The notes under the pieces were generated by a model. It was not told where the DNA came from and made no database searches. It saw only the letters and a program-made list of their open reading frames with translations. Both the position numbers and the translations under genes were made by a program. This document shows positions 9,666 to 18,835 of a stretch of 38,214 bases of DNA, piece after piece. The stretch's first letter is position 1, and every line of letters starts with the position of its first letter. Source of the stretch: Campylobacterales bacterium (lineage in GTDB: Bacteria; Campylobacterota; Campylobacteria; Campylobacterales; QNZT01); the NCBI GenBank assembly GCA_027081145.1, contig JALWLB010000142.1:1-38214 (forward strand), given 5' to 3'.

Positions 9666-10628
9666 ATGAAAAAGATACTATTAACATGTTTTATTTTAAC
9701 TATATCTGGAGTGAGTTTATTTGCAAAGGGGTATAAATATGAGTTAAATCCATATGTTGGATATAACTTTGCAAGTGATGATTGTCCATTGGATAGTGCA
9801 ACTGGTGCAGGAGTTAATTTTAATACATTTTTTACAGATAATTTAGGTATTAGATTTGGTTATGAGAGATTGTTTCAAGCTGATGTAAAATCAAACTCTT
9901 ATAAAACTGATGTAAATAGATTTTATCTAAATGGAATTTTTAAAAAAGCTGAAGCCATAAAAGGTTTTACCCCATATGCTTTGCTTGGTGGTGGATATGA
10001 AGATTATGAAGATAATATTGGAAAAAATTGCAGAAGTGGTTGGTTTGGTGATGTTGGAGTTGGTATAGGTTATGCTATCAATAAAAACTTTAGTATAGGA
10101 CCTGAAGTTAAAGCTTTAGCAAAAAGATGTGGAAATGGTTTAGGTGTTTTTGCTGGTTTTGGACTTGCATATAAATTTGGTTATGATAAACCAGTTGTTG
10201 CTCCTGCTCCGGTAGTTGTAAAAAGCAAACCAGAAGTTAGGGTAGTTGAAAAAGTGGTTGTAAAAGAGGTTCCAGTTGAAAAAGTTGTAACTAAAGAGGT
10301 GAGTGTTCCTGTTTGTCCAACTCCAGTTACCTATAGTGATAAGTGTGATAACTCCTATTATGTACAGGTTGCAGCTGAGCTTGTTTGTCCAAGTTGTGTA
10401 AATCAATTTAACAACAAAGCACTATTAAATAAAATAAAAGATGCCGGATATGGGTATAGTTTCTTAACTACAACAAATCCTAGCGGCAATAAAGTTACAA
10501 GAGTTTTAGTTGGACCATATAAGTGTAAAAAAGATGCATTTAAAGCTCTTTGTGAAATCAAAGGTCAAATTGGGTGTGATGCATTTATATATAGTACAAA
10601 ACGATCTCCAAAAAGGGTTTGGAAATAG
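9666..10628 (+). CDS. outer-membrane beta-barrel (OmpA-TM/OMP_b-brl-like) protein with Pro/Val/Lys linker and C-terminal SPOR domain
   Basis: Signal peptide MKKILLTCFILTISGVSLFA. Alternating-hydrophobic strands end in GFGLAYKF. The linker is KPVVAPAPVVVKSKPEVRVVEKVVVKEVPVEKVV. The C-terminal SPOR pattern is YYVQVAA...DAGYGYSF...RVLVGPYKCKKDAFKAL. GAGGGAG RBS. Confidence 0.75.
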   Translation: MKKILLTCFILTISGVSLFAKGYKYELNPYVGYNFASDDCPLDSATGAGVNFNTFFTDNLGIRFGYERLFQADVKSNSYKTDVNRFYLNGIFKKAEAIKGFTPYALLGGGYEDYEDNIGKNCRSGWFGDVGVGIGYAINKNFSIGPEVKALAKRCGNGLGVFAGFGLAYKFGYDKPVVAPAPVVVKSKPEVRVVEKVVVKEVPVEKVVTKEVSVPVCPTPVTYSDKCDNSYYVQVAAELVCPSCVNQFNNKALLNKIKDAGYGYSFLTTTNPSGNKVTRVLVGPYKCKKDAFKALCEIKGQIGCDAFIYSTKRSPKRVWK

Positions 10629-10632
10629 CTTT

Positions 10633-10661
10633 TTAAAGGATGAGAATTTCTCATCCTTTAA
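10633..10661. terminator. palindromic hairpin between convergent genes (likely bidirectional terminator)
   Basis: TTAAAGGATGAGAA (10633-10646) / T / TTCTCATCCTTTAA (10648-10661) is a perfect 14-nt inverted repeat. It lies between the stop at 10628 (+) and the stop at 10662 (-). The flanking U-tracts are weak. Confidence 0.55.
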
Positions 10662-12374
10662 TCACTTCTCTATTAATTTATAAAATTTATACTTTGTTTG
10701 TGGAACTATAATTTGATTTAATTTATATCTATCGCTACTAATATTGTCTAAAACTGTTTTATATGTACCATTTATATCATTACTTCCAATAATTGAGTAT
10801 TTTTTGCCAACCTTTAGATGAGTTGTTTTGATAATTAGATCACCATTTTGATACTCTAATATAGATCCTCCCCACGGTTTTGCTAAAGGCTCACCTATAA
10901 AAATACCTTCTCCTGGAGATTTAACCGATTTCCAGTAAGCTTCAATAAGAGTACTACCTGAAAAATATGCAGGAATTAACTTAGATACCATTGGAAATTT
11001 TGCCGTATAGTTACAAGGCTCAACAACTGTACCATAGCTTCCTGTAGCACCAGCTTCTAACCATCTAATGGCACTCATTTGCCCTTTGCCTTTAGTTGCC
11101 GTTAAATTTCCTCCATAAGAGGTTAAATGATCAGCAACAGATCCTGGCAAGTAGCTATTTGTATCGATATTTGCCACATTTGCTAAACCTGTAAAATAGA
11201 ACAGAATATCATTTTTATTTTTCAAAGTGTTTGTAGATTGATTTTTTGAATTATCTATATATATAAAATCCAAATCTACACTATTGCCATTTCCTCTTTT
11301 AGTTGCAATATTAAAAAAATCATAATACCTTACACTTCTTCTTGTATCAGTTGTTCTAATAAAATAGCCCGTAGCACTTGGATAGGTATAATCAGATTTT
11401 ATACCTTTATCTATTAGAGCTTTAATATTTTCTTCATTAACTCCTGCTAAGACCATTGTTAATCTTATATTAAAATCATCAAATGGTGTAAGGGAGTTTG
11501 ATCCAAAATATTTACTACTTTTAGTCAGACTACACACTCCACCTGAAGTGTTAGCATATGCATCATCATAACCTCCAAATGCAAAAGCACTTGTTATTGA
11601 CATTTTTCCAACTCTAAAAGGTTTTATCCATGTTAGAGCGTAAGCTTGAACATTTTTGGGTGTTAATTTTTTTACTTTGTTGATGATAGGATCAAATTGC
11701 TCTGGTGAGATAGAGATTGAATTATTTGGTATCGATACATGAATTATATTTTTTGTTGGAATTGATCTTTTTTTGGCATAATAAGATGCTACTTTAACAG
11801 ATATAGGATCATTATCATTTATAACTATTGCTAACTCATCTGGCGTAATTGAAGTTTTTAAAAGTTGTACTATTGGAGCATTTTGAGTTGCACTTTTATA
11901 TATTGTGATATATGATGTTGCAATAGAAGTATTACCTTTTGCATCACTAATTTGATAACTAAATTCATCATATCCATTGTAGTTTGCAAATGGTGTATAG
12001 ATAAGATTTTTGTCAATTTTACCATATTTTGGTTTTTGGACTATATCTACAATTAATTTTGATTTATCATAGTACTTATCATTATCCAAAATATTTAATT
12101 TTGTAGCTCTATTTTCTTTGATGATAATCAAATCACTCTTTGCAATAGGTTTACTAGGATGAGATGGTTTATATCCTGTACTTGGTTTTGGTGACTCATC
12201 TCTTGAGATAGGATTAGTTGATGTCTGTTGCTCTTGAGTATTGGTACTGTTTTGATCATCTAAAGCTATTATCGCTTTGCATCCATTGAGATTTATCAAA
12301 GTGCTACTGACAATGAATGCAAAAATAAGATGTTTGATATGATCTGTTATATGCATATCATGTATAAAATTCAC
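10662..12374 (-). CDS. putative lipoprotein: cadherin-like/bacterial Ig domain + large uncharacterised C-terminal domain (TIGR03790-like, from memory)
   Basis: Possible lipobox LINLNG/C followed by an S/T/P/Q-rich linker. Ig/cadherin-like pattern LNILDNDKYY...IYTPFANYNGYDEFSYQISDAKGN. The C-terminal domain shows LAIVINDNDPISVKVASYYAKKRSIP..., AGATGSYGTVVEPC and IGEPLAKPW. GTG start with AAGGAG 7 nt upstream and a GTGA overlap with the upstream gene. Confidence 0.65.
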   Translation of the reverse strand: MNFIHDMHITDHIKHLIFAFIVSSTLINLNGCKAIIALDDQNSTNTQEQQTSTNPISRDESPKPSTGYKPSHPSKPIAKSDLIIIKENRATKLNILDNDKYYDKSKLIVDIVQKPKYGKIDKNLIYTPFANYNGYDEFSYQISDAKGNTSIATSYITIYKSATQNAPIVQLLKTSITPDELAIVINDNDPISVKVASYYAKKRSIPTKNIIHVSIPNNSISISPEQFDPIINKVKKLTPKNVQAYALTWIKPFRVGKMSITSAFAFGGYDDAYANTSGGVCSLTKSSKYFGSNSLTPFDDFNIRLTMVLAGVNEENIKALIDKGIKSDYTYPSATGYFIRTTDTRRSVRYYDFFNIATKRGNGNSVDLDFIYIDNSKNQSTNTLKNKNDILFYFTGLANVANIDTNSYLPGSVADHLTSYGGNLTATKGKGQMSAIRWLEAGATGSYGTVVEPCNYTAKFPMVSKLIPAYFSGSTLIEAYWKSVKSPGEGIFIGEPLAKPWGGSILEYQNGDLIIKTTHLKVGKKYSIIGSNDINGTYKTVLDNISSDRYKLNQIIVPQTKYKFYKLIEK

Positions 12375-13963
12375 AATTTAACTCCTTGTTTTTTATAGAT
12401 TAGATTTTTATTATTGACACTATATTTTTTTGAAAATGTTTCAATTGCCTCTTTTGTATATTTGCCTTTAGAGCTAGTTACTACAATATAATTTGGTTTG
12501 ATATATTTAATGGCTGTATCAAATAACTCTTCTGATGAATACTTTTTACCACCCTTTGTCCAGTTATCGCCTTGAATATCAATCGATACAGGAACAACTC
12601 CAGAGTTTGCTCTATGAATAGCATACATTTTTGCCAACTTATGATTAGTTGCTCTTGCAACATGAATATCAGGTCCACCTGAACCTACACCTATTTTTCT
12701 TAATTTCTCAAACAAATAATCCAAGTCGCTTTGAGGAGTCATATAATTACCCATTTGCCATACGATAGATCTTTTAAATGCCTCTTTAGCAACTTTTGCA
12801 TATTTGAAAAATACATCAGCTTTTCTAAGTCCATGTTTATTTATGTATGGATTTTTTCCAGTAGAAGTTTCGCCAATAGATATTCCCTCAATCCTTCCAT
12901 CAAACTGTTTTGCTAGTGCTCTTATAAGATTTGCCCAAGCTTTATCAACCTCAGGATGACCTTTTAAAAGTAGTGATCCACCTTTTTGTGAAGTTCTTTT
13001 ATACACTCCACCACCAAATCGATCTGTTTGTAGCCATTTAGGAACTTTATAGTTTTGCCCATTCTTACCTATCCAAACTGTAGTTGAAATTACGATTATC
13101 AAAGATTTACCTTCTTTTTTAACAGTTGCTAAATCTTTTTCAATTTTTGAAAAATCATAAACTCCCTCTTTTGGATTTATTTGAGCCCAAGTGTATTGAG
13201 CTTTGATACCTGCCCAACCAGCTCTATTTTTGATTAGTTTTAATTTATCCTCAATTTTATCTCTACCAGCTATTGCTAAATATGCTCCAGGATTCTTTAT
13301 ACCTGCTAATGGATTTCTAGCAGGAGTATTTTTAGTTTTTGGACTATTTTTATCAATTACTTTAACAATTCTTGTGCTACTTGCAGAGTTTCCATCTTTG
13401 TCTCTTGCTTTATAGACTATTTTATAAGTTCCAACTTTATGAATATTTAAATTAGAGGTTTTTGTAACTTTGAGTTTTCCATCCTGTTTATCATATGCAC
13501 TTGCACCCGGATCTTTAAAATTTTGATCTTTAGAGATTGTTACCCTTTTGGAGCCTTTTAATGTAATTTTTGGTGCTTGTTTTGTATCAGTTAAGATAAC
13601 AGTTACTATTGCAGGTTTACTCTCTCCAACTCTGTTTGTCATTGTAATTTTTAATTTATAAGTTCCCGGTTTTTGTTTAGATTCACTCCATACTCTTAAA
13701 GTACCGTTATTCCACAAATTAAATCTTGGCTTTTTGGTTTTTTTATTTTCTAAAATATCACTAGCTATGATTTTGCTACCATTTTTATGAATTTTTAGTT
13801 TACAAAGTATTGTTTCATTTTGTTGATCTGCTTTAGTGATGATTGTTTGATTTGGTACGATTGTAGGAACACTAGCAGCAAATAGGGTTTGAAATCCAAT
13901 TAGCCCTAAAAACACCACACTAAAAACACTTAAACGAGCCAATTGATACCCAAATTTTTGCAT
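12371..13963 (-). CDS. secreted protein: Ig-like domains + C-terminal TIM-barrel glycoside-hydrolase-like domain
   Basis: Signal peptide ...LIGFQTLFA/ASVP. DUF5011/HYR-type Ig pattern FKDPGASAYDKQDGKLKV...GTYKIVYKARDKDGNSASS. The C-terminal region has a GH-clan-A-like segment YTWAQINPKEGVYDFSKIEKDLATVKKEGKSLIIV. AAGGAA RBS. Confidence 0.65.
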   Translation of the reverse strand: MQKFGYQLARLSVFSVVFLGLIGFQTLFAASVPTIVPNQTIITKADQQNETILCKLKIHKNGSKIIASDILENKKTKKPRFNLWNNGTLRVWSESKQKPGTYKLKITMTNRVGESKPAIVTVILTDTKQAPKITLKGSKRVTISKDQNFKDPGASAYDKQDGKLKVTKTSNLNIHKVGTYKIVYKARDKDGNSASSTRIVKVIDKNSPKTKNTPARNPLAGIKNPGAYLAIAGRDKIEDKLKLIKNRAGWAGIKAQYTWAQINPKEGVYDFSKIEKDLATVKKEGKSLIIVISTTVWIGKNGQNYKVPKWLQTDRFGGGVYKRTSQKGGSLLLKGHPEVDKAWANLIRALAKQFDGRIEGISIGETSTGKNPYINKHGLRKADVFFKYAKVAKEAFKRSIVWQMGNYMTPQSDLDYLFEKLRKIGVGSGGPDIHVARATNHKLAKMYAIHRANSGVVPVSIDIQGDNWTKGGKKYSSEELFDTAIKYIKPNYIVVTSSKGKYTKEAIETFSKKYSVNNKNLIYKKQGVKL

Positions 13964-14058
13964 ATTATTTCCTTGTCGATAAAAATTTTATAACTTTAAA
14001 TCGACAAAGATATAATTTTCTTAACCTATTTTTTTAATTTTGCTAGATACTAGGGAGA

Positions 14059-14775
14059 TTAATTATCAATTGTGCGTAAAAACTCTTCATAAATTTTTTC
14101 TAACTCTTTATCTTTTTCAGAGATTATATTTTCATGCTTATTGATAATAGCATCTTCCAAAACCGATAATCTTTTTATCAGATATAAAAAGAGCTCTTTA
14201 TTGATATCTGGAAGTTTATTATGGCTAAATTGGGTTTTATCACTACCTTTTACTATAACACGAGCCGGAATACCAATAGCTGTGGAATCGGCTGGAACGG
14301 ATTTAACAACAACAGAGTTTGCTCCAACTTTAGCATTTTCTCCAATTTCAATATTTCCTAAAATTTTTGCACCGCCTCCAAGTACTGCACCTTTTTTTAT
14401 AGTAGGATGTCTTTTAACGCCTCGCTCCAAACTAACTCCACCAAGTGTAACGCCTTGATATATTAACACTTCATCTTCGACAATAGCACTCTCTCCTATA
14501 ACTACTCCAAAGCCATGATCTATAAAGACTCTTCTACCTATTGTTGCTGCTGGATGAATATCGATATTTGTAATTAGTTGAGAGATTCCCATGATAAATC
14601 TTGCAAATCTCTTCCAACCTTTTTTATATAATCTATGTGCAAATCTATAATGAACTAATGCCCAAACTCCTGGATAGTTTGTAAAAAGTTCAACTTTGGA
14701 AACAATCGCTGGATCACACTTCCAAGCAATTTCAAAATCCTCTTTAATGATTTTAAATATGGAGATTTTTGTCAT
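14059..14775 (-). CDS. cysE: serine O-acetyltransferase
   Basis: Left-handed beta-helix hexapeptide repeats (IHPAATIGRRVFIDHGFGVVIGESAIVEDEVLIYQGVTLGG...GAKILGNIEIGENAKVGANSVV) plus a SAT-type N-terminal helical region. Confidence 0.9.
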   Translation of the reverse strand: MTKISIFKIIKEDFEIAWKCDPAIVSKVELFTNYPGVWALVHYRFAHRLYKKGWKRFARFIMGISQLITNIDIHPAATIGRRVFIDHGFGVVIGESAIVEDEVLIYQGVTLGGVSLERGVKRHPTIKKGAVLGGGAKILGNIEIGENAKVGANSVVVKSVPADSTAIGIPARVIVKGSDKTQFSHNKLPDINKELFLYLIKRLSVLEDAIINKHENIISEKDKELEKIYEEFLRTIDN

Positions 14776-14782
14776 TTATACC

Positions 14783-16612
14783 TCAACTTACAGTTTTTAA
14801 ATATCCAATATCATGTAGATATGTTGATACTTGTTCAAATATCTTTGCTCGATCTTGTTGGTCTATATATTTTGAGTTGGCAATATTTGACTTGATATTT
14901 GTTATCAACTCTTTAGTATCATAGTTTAATCCATCTAAAATATCCATTATACTCTCTGATTTGAGCATATTTTTTATTCTAAAGCCACTATCATTAATTA
15001 CAACTGTAGCTTCACTAGGGTGTGTAAAAAGATTATGTTTCATTCCAAGAACCTCTTGATATGCTCCAACAAGAAAAAATCCTACAAAATAATCTTCTAC
15101 TTCTGGATTGATATCATGTAAAAATAGAGGATTATTTTTATCAGACTCTATCTCTCCATCACTATCGCAAGTGATATCCCAAATGGTTGCCAATCTAGTT
15201 GCTACATGATTTAATCTCTCTATTGGCATAATTGGAAAATTTTGACTTAATCCCCAAAAATCAGGAATACTTTGAAAAAGTGAAAAGTTTACCAAATATT
15301 TTTCTTGAATTTGATCTTGAATACGCAACAACTCAGTATAGTTTTTATCTTTTAATAAAAATATAGCCTTTTTAATCAAAAGATGGGTTAATACTTCACT
15401 ATTTGATTTATCTATAAGATCGATATAGCCTAAATCAAATAGTGTAAAAAGAGATTTCATATGATCGATACTATCATGTAGATACTCAAGAGCATTATTT
15501 TTATTGATCTGTTTGTATAGTTCATACAACTCTTCAACAAGTGGTGGGTTTTTATCTTTTAATCTTAAAGCATTTTCACTATACTCAGATGAGAAGAGTT
15601 CTAAAATAGGTGCTATTAAAACAGCATGTGAAGCTGATATGAATCTTCCAGATTCGATGATAATATCTGGCTCATTTACGCATTTTGATCTTGCAATAGT
15701 TTGCATAGTAAAGATAATATCGCTTGAGTACTCATTTAAAGAGTAGTTTGTTTGAAGTTTTTTAGGATTTTGAGAGTACTCTACTGGTAAACCCCCACCT
15801 AAATTGATGGTATTTAAATTAAAAGCTTTCAACTTTTTTAAATTGGCATAGATATTTCCAGCCTCTTTGAGTGCTTTTTTTAGTGGAGCTATATTATTCA
15901 TTTGAGAGCCTATATGAAAATGAATCATAGTAAATTTATCTATTAGATTATATTTTTTTAAAAGCTCAATCGCACTTAAAAGTTCAGTAGAGGTTAATCC
16001 AAACTTAGAATTTATCCCTCCACTTTTTGCCCAAATTCCAACTCCGCTACTATGAAGTTTGATACGAAGTCCAATGTTTGGTATAGGGTGAGTCTCTTTT
16101 TTTGCGATTTCTATAATATTTTTTAATTCAGTAATTCCCTCTATAACTATTGTAATATCATGTCCCAATTTTGTAGCTAAAAACCCAAGGCTTAACATCT
16201 CTTTATCTTTAAAGCCATTTACAATAATAGGTGCATTTTTATTATTGTATGAAATTGCAATTAAAAGCTCAGCCTTACTACCTGCTTCTAAGCCATAATT
16301 ATACCCTTTTCCAGCCTCCAATAGAGGTTTTAAAAAATTTGGTTGATGATTTACTTTAAGAGGAAAAACAGCTTTAAAAGCTCCTTTATAATTTAACTCT
16401 TTTGATGCTTTTTGAAAACTTTGAAAAACCATATCAACCTGTTTTTTTATAAGATGAGGAAATCTTAAAAGCAGAGGTCCTTTAAATCCCTCATTTCTAA
16501 GATTTAAAACTATCTCTTTTAGAGATGGTTTTGAGTTATAATTTATCTTTAGTTGATCATTATCTATAAAAAAATCACCATTTGCCCAAACATCTATACC
16601 ATACTTTTGCAA
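14783..16612 (-). CDS. speA: biosynthetic arginine decarboxylase
   Basis: 609 aa with the PLP-Lys motif VFPLKVNHQP and GGGLPVEY, and SpeA-type length and termini. TTG start directly after the hisS stop. Confidence 0.95.
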   Translation of the reverse strand: MQKYGIDVWANGDFFIDNDQLKINYNSKPSLKEIVLNLRNEGFKGPLLLRFPHLIKKQVDMVFQSFQKASKELNYKGAFKAVFPLKVNHQPNFLKPLLEAGKGYNYGLEAGSKAELLIAISYNNKNAPIIVNGFKDKEMLSLGFLATKLGHDITIVIEGITELKNIIEIAKKETHPIPNIGLRIKLHSSGVGIWAKSGGINSKFGLTSTELLSAIELLKKYNLIDKFTMIHFHIGSQMNNIAPLKKALKEAGNIYANLKKLKAFNLNTINLGGGLPVEYSQNPKKLQTNYSLNEYSSDIIFTMQTIARSKCVNEPDIIIESGRFISASHAVLIAPILELFSSEYSENALRLKDKNPPLVEELYELYKQINKNNALEYLHDSIDHMKSLFTLFDLGYIDLIDKSNSEVLTHLLIKKAIFLLKDKNYTELLRIQDQIQEKYLVNFSLFQSIPDFWGLSQNFPIMPIERLNHVATRLATIWDITCDSDGEIESDKNNPLFLHDINPEVEDYFVGFFLVGAYQEVLGMKHNLFTHPSEATVVINDSGFRIKNMLKSESIMDILDGLNYDTKELITNIKSNIANSKYIDQQDRAKIFEQVSTYLHDIGYLKTVS

Positions 16613-17785
16613 TTAATCTAAATCCTTTTGCCATGGAATTTTTGTTTTTAACTCATCCTCTCCTATGATGATACATTTTTTAGCATTTGCTTTATCGGCT
16701 GCTTTTAAATGGGCTTTTAAACTTTTACTCTGATAGCTGATATGGACTTTTTCATGATCTTTTTGTCGGTTTGCTAGTATAAATATCTCCTCTATAGCCT
16801 CATCACAAAGTGCTCCAAAATAGCTTCCTACTCTTTTTTCTTTTGGAGAGTTAATCATTTGTAAAATTCTCTCTACTCCAATAGCAAAACCGATAGCAGG
16901 AGTCGGTTTTCCACCTAAAAATTCTACCAATTTATCATACCTACCACCAGCTGCAACAGCATTTTGTGCACCTATTTGACCACTTACAAACTCAAATGCA
17001 CTCTTATTATAATAATCAAGTCCACGAACTAAATTTAGATCTATCTCATACTCAATATTTAATCTATCTAACATTTTAATTAAAGCTTTAAAATCATTAC
17101 GACACTCATCACAAAGATTGCTATTTAGCTTTGGAGCAGGTTTTAAAATCTCTTGACACTTTTGATTTTTACAATCAAACACTCTTATTGGATTTGTATC
17201 TTTTCTTCTTAAACAGTCACTACATAAATCTTTTTGTTGATTTAAAAACTTAACCAACTCTTTTTTGTATGGAGGCATACACTTTTGACATCCAAGTGAG
17301 TTTAATTTTAAGGTATATTCAATTTTGAAAAAATCCAAAATCTCTTTTATGATAGTTAAAATTCTTACATCTTCAAGATAACTTTCCTCGCCAAAACTCT
17401 CTGCTCCAAATTGGCGAAACTCTCTAAATCTTCCTTTTTGAGGTCTCTCATACCTAAACATAGCTCCATGATAAAAAAATTTAAAAGCCCCACCTTGTTT
17501 ATCATATTTGTGCTCTATAAAACTTCTAACTACCCCAGCGGTAGCTTCAGGTCGTAGGCATACATCATTGCCACCTTTGTCTATAAATTGATACATCTCT
17601 TTACCAACAATATCACTACTATCTCCAACACTTCTTTTAAATAAAACACTCTCTTCTAAAATTGGAGTTTGGATATACTCAAAGCCATGTTTTTTTATAA
17701 TTTGTGTAGCGTTTTGTATAAAATATTCATAAGTTTTACTTTGTGGAGGTAGTGTATCTTTCATACCTCTTAATGCTCTTATCAT
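16613..17785 (-). CDS. hisS: histidine--tRNA ligase
   Basis: LRGMKD, motif 2 FRYERPQKGRFREFRQFGAE and motif 3 AAGGRYD. ATGA overlap with tmk. Confidence 0.95.
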   Translation of the reverse strand: MIRALRGMKDTLPPQSKTYEYFIQNATQIIKKHGFEYIQTPILEESVLFKRSVGDSSDIVGKEMYQFIDKGGNDVCLRPEATAGVVRSFIEHKYDKQGGAFKFFYHGAMFRYERPQKGRFREFRQFGAESFGEESYLEDVRILTIIKEILDFFKIEYTLKLNSLGCQKCMPPYKKELVKFLNQQKDLCSDCLRRKDTNPIRVFDCKNQKCQEILKPAPKLNSNLCDECRNDFKALIKMLDRLNIEYEIDLNLVRGLDYYNKSAFEFVSGQIGAQNAVAAGGRYDKLVEFLGGKPTPAIGFAIGVERILQMINSPKEKRVGSYFGALCDEAIEEIFILANRQKDHEKVHISYQSKSLKAHLKAADKANAKKCIIIGEDELKTKIPWQKDLD

Positions 17786-18360
17786 GTAATAAAACCTCTT
17801 ATTTGTTTATTAATTTCATCGATACTTTTTGATGAGTCTATTATTTTATAATTTATTTGTAAAATTTCCAATAACTTTTGCATAACATCTTGAACTTTTA
17901 GCAGATAATCAATCCCTCTTTTTTCTATACCATCTAGTTTTTTTTGGCTAAGTCTTTGTTTGATTAGAGTTTTATTTGTCTTAAATAGTACTACCAAATC
18001 AGGCTTTTTATCTTTTGTAGCAAAACGGTTTAACTCTATCAAAAAATCTAAATTATATGTTTTATGATTTACACTAGCATAAGCAATGCCTGAGATAAAT
18101 CCTCTATCACTAATAATTGTATTTTTGCCTAAATTTGGACAAATTACCTCTTTATAGTGTTGTGCTCTATCTGCTAAAAATAAAAACAATTCAGCTTTTT
18201 GAGAAAGAGAGTTATCATGTAGGATTATCTCTCTTAATTTTTCTCCAAGTAAAGTAGCACCTGGCTCTTTAGTATATATAAAATCTGGATATATCTTTTT
18301 TAGCATTTGGATTTGAGTGCTTTTACCACTCGTATCAACTCCTTCAAATATTATATACAT
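17782..18360 (-). CDS. tmk: dTMP kinase
   Basis: P-loop IIFEGVDTSGKSTQ and the DRGFISGIAY region. 192 aa. Confidence 0.9.
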   Translation of the reverse strand: MYIIFEGVDTSGKSTQIQMLKKIYPDFIYTKEPGATLLGEKLREIILHDNSLSQKAELFLFLADRAQHYKEVICPNLGKNTIISDRGFISGIAYASVNHKTYNLDFLIELNRFATKDKKPDLVVLFKTNKTLIKQRLSQKKLDGIEKRGIDYLLKVQDVMQKLLEILQINYKIIDSSKSIDEINKQIRGFIT

Positions 18361-18835
18361 GATTATCTTTTTGTAAAAGTGGAATTATAGTTTGTGGTAC
18401 TAAATGAGAGACATTACCACCATGTTTTAATATAGCTCTTACTACTGATGAGCTTATAAATGCGTTTTGTAAACTTGGCATCAAATGAACAGTCTCTATA
18501 TCGGGATTTAGTGAAGCATTTGCATAACTCATTTGAAGCTCATACTCAAAATCACTTACAGCCCTTAAACCTCTTATGATGATTTCAACATTTAATTTTT
18601 TTGCAAAATCTACCAAAAGAGTATCAAAAGTTTCAACTTTTACTCCCTTGATATCTTTGGTTGATAACTCTACCATTAAAGCTCTTTTTTCTAAATCAAA
18701 CATAGGTCTTTTATCTTTAGAGGTTGCAATAGCGATAATAACTTCATCAAAAAGTTTTTTTGCTCTTTTGATAATATCAAGATGTCCATTTGTAATTGGA
18801 TCAAAAGTTCCCGGATATATTGCTATTTTTTTCAT
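18344..18835 (-). CDS. coaD: pantetheine-phosphate adenylyltransferase
   Basis: YPGTFDPITNGHLDII nucleotidyltransferase motif. 163 aa. 17-nt overlap with tmk. Confidence 0.95.
   Translation of the reverse strand: MKKIAIYPGTFDPITNGHLDIIKRAKKLFDEVIIAIATSKDKRPMFDLEKRALMVELSTKDIKGVKVETFDTLLVDFAKKLNVEIIIRGLRAVSDFEYELQMSYANASLNPDIETVHLMPSLQNAFISSSVVRAILKHGGNVSHLVPQTIIPLLQKDNHVYNI

Noticed and set aside
13998-14023. Sigma-28-like motif on the minus strand (TAAG-N16-CGATTT) upstream of the 530-aa secreted protein gene
   Set aside because: The -35 is imperfect, the -10 lacks the preceding GC/CC of the consensus, and the product has an ordinary Sec signal peptide. The match overlaps the inverted repeat and could be coincidental. 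It is mentioned only as an alternative reading.
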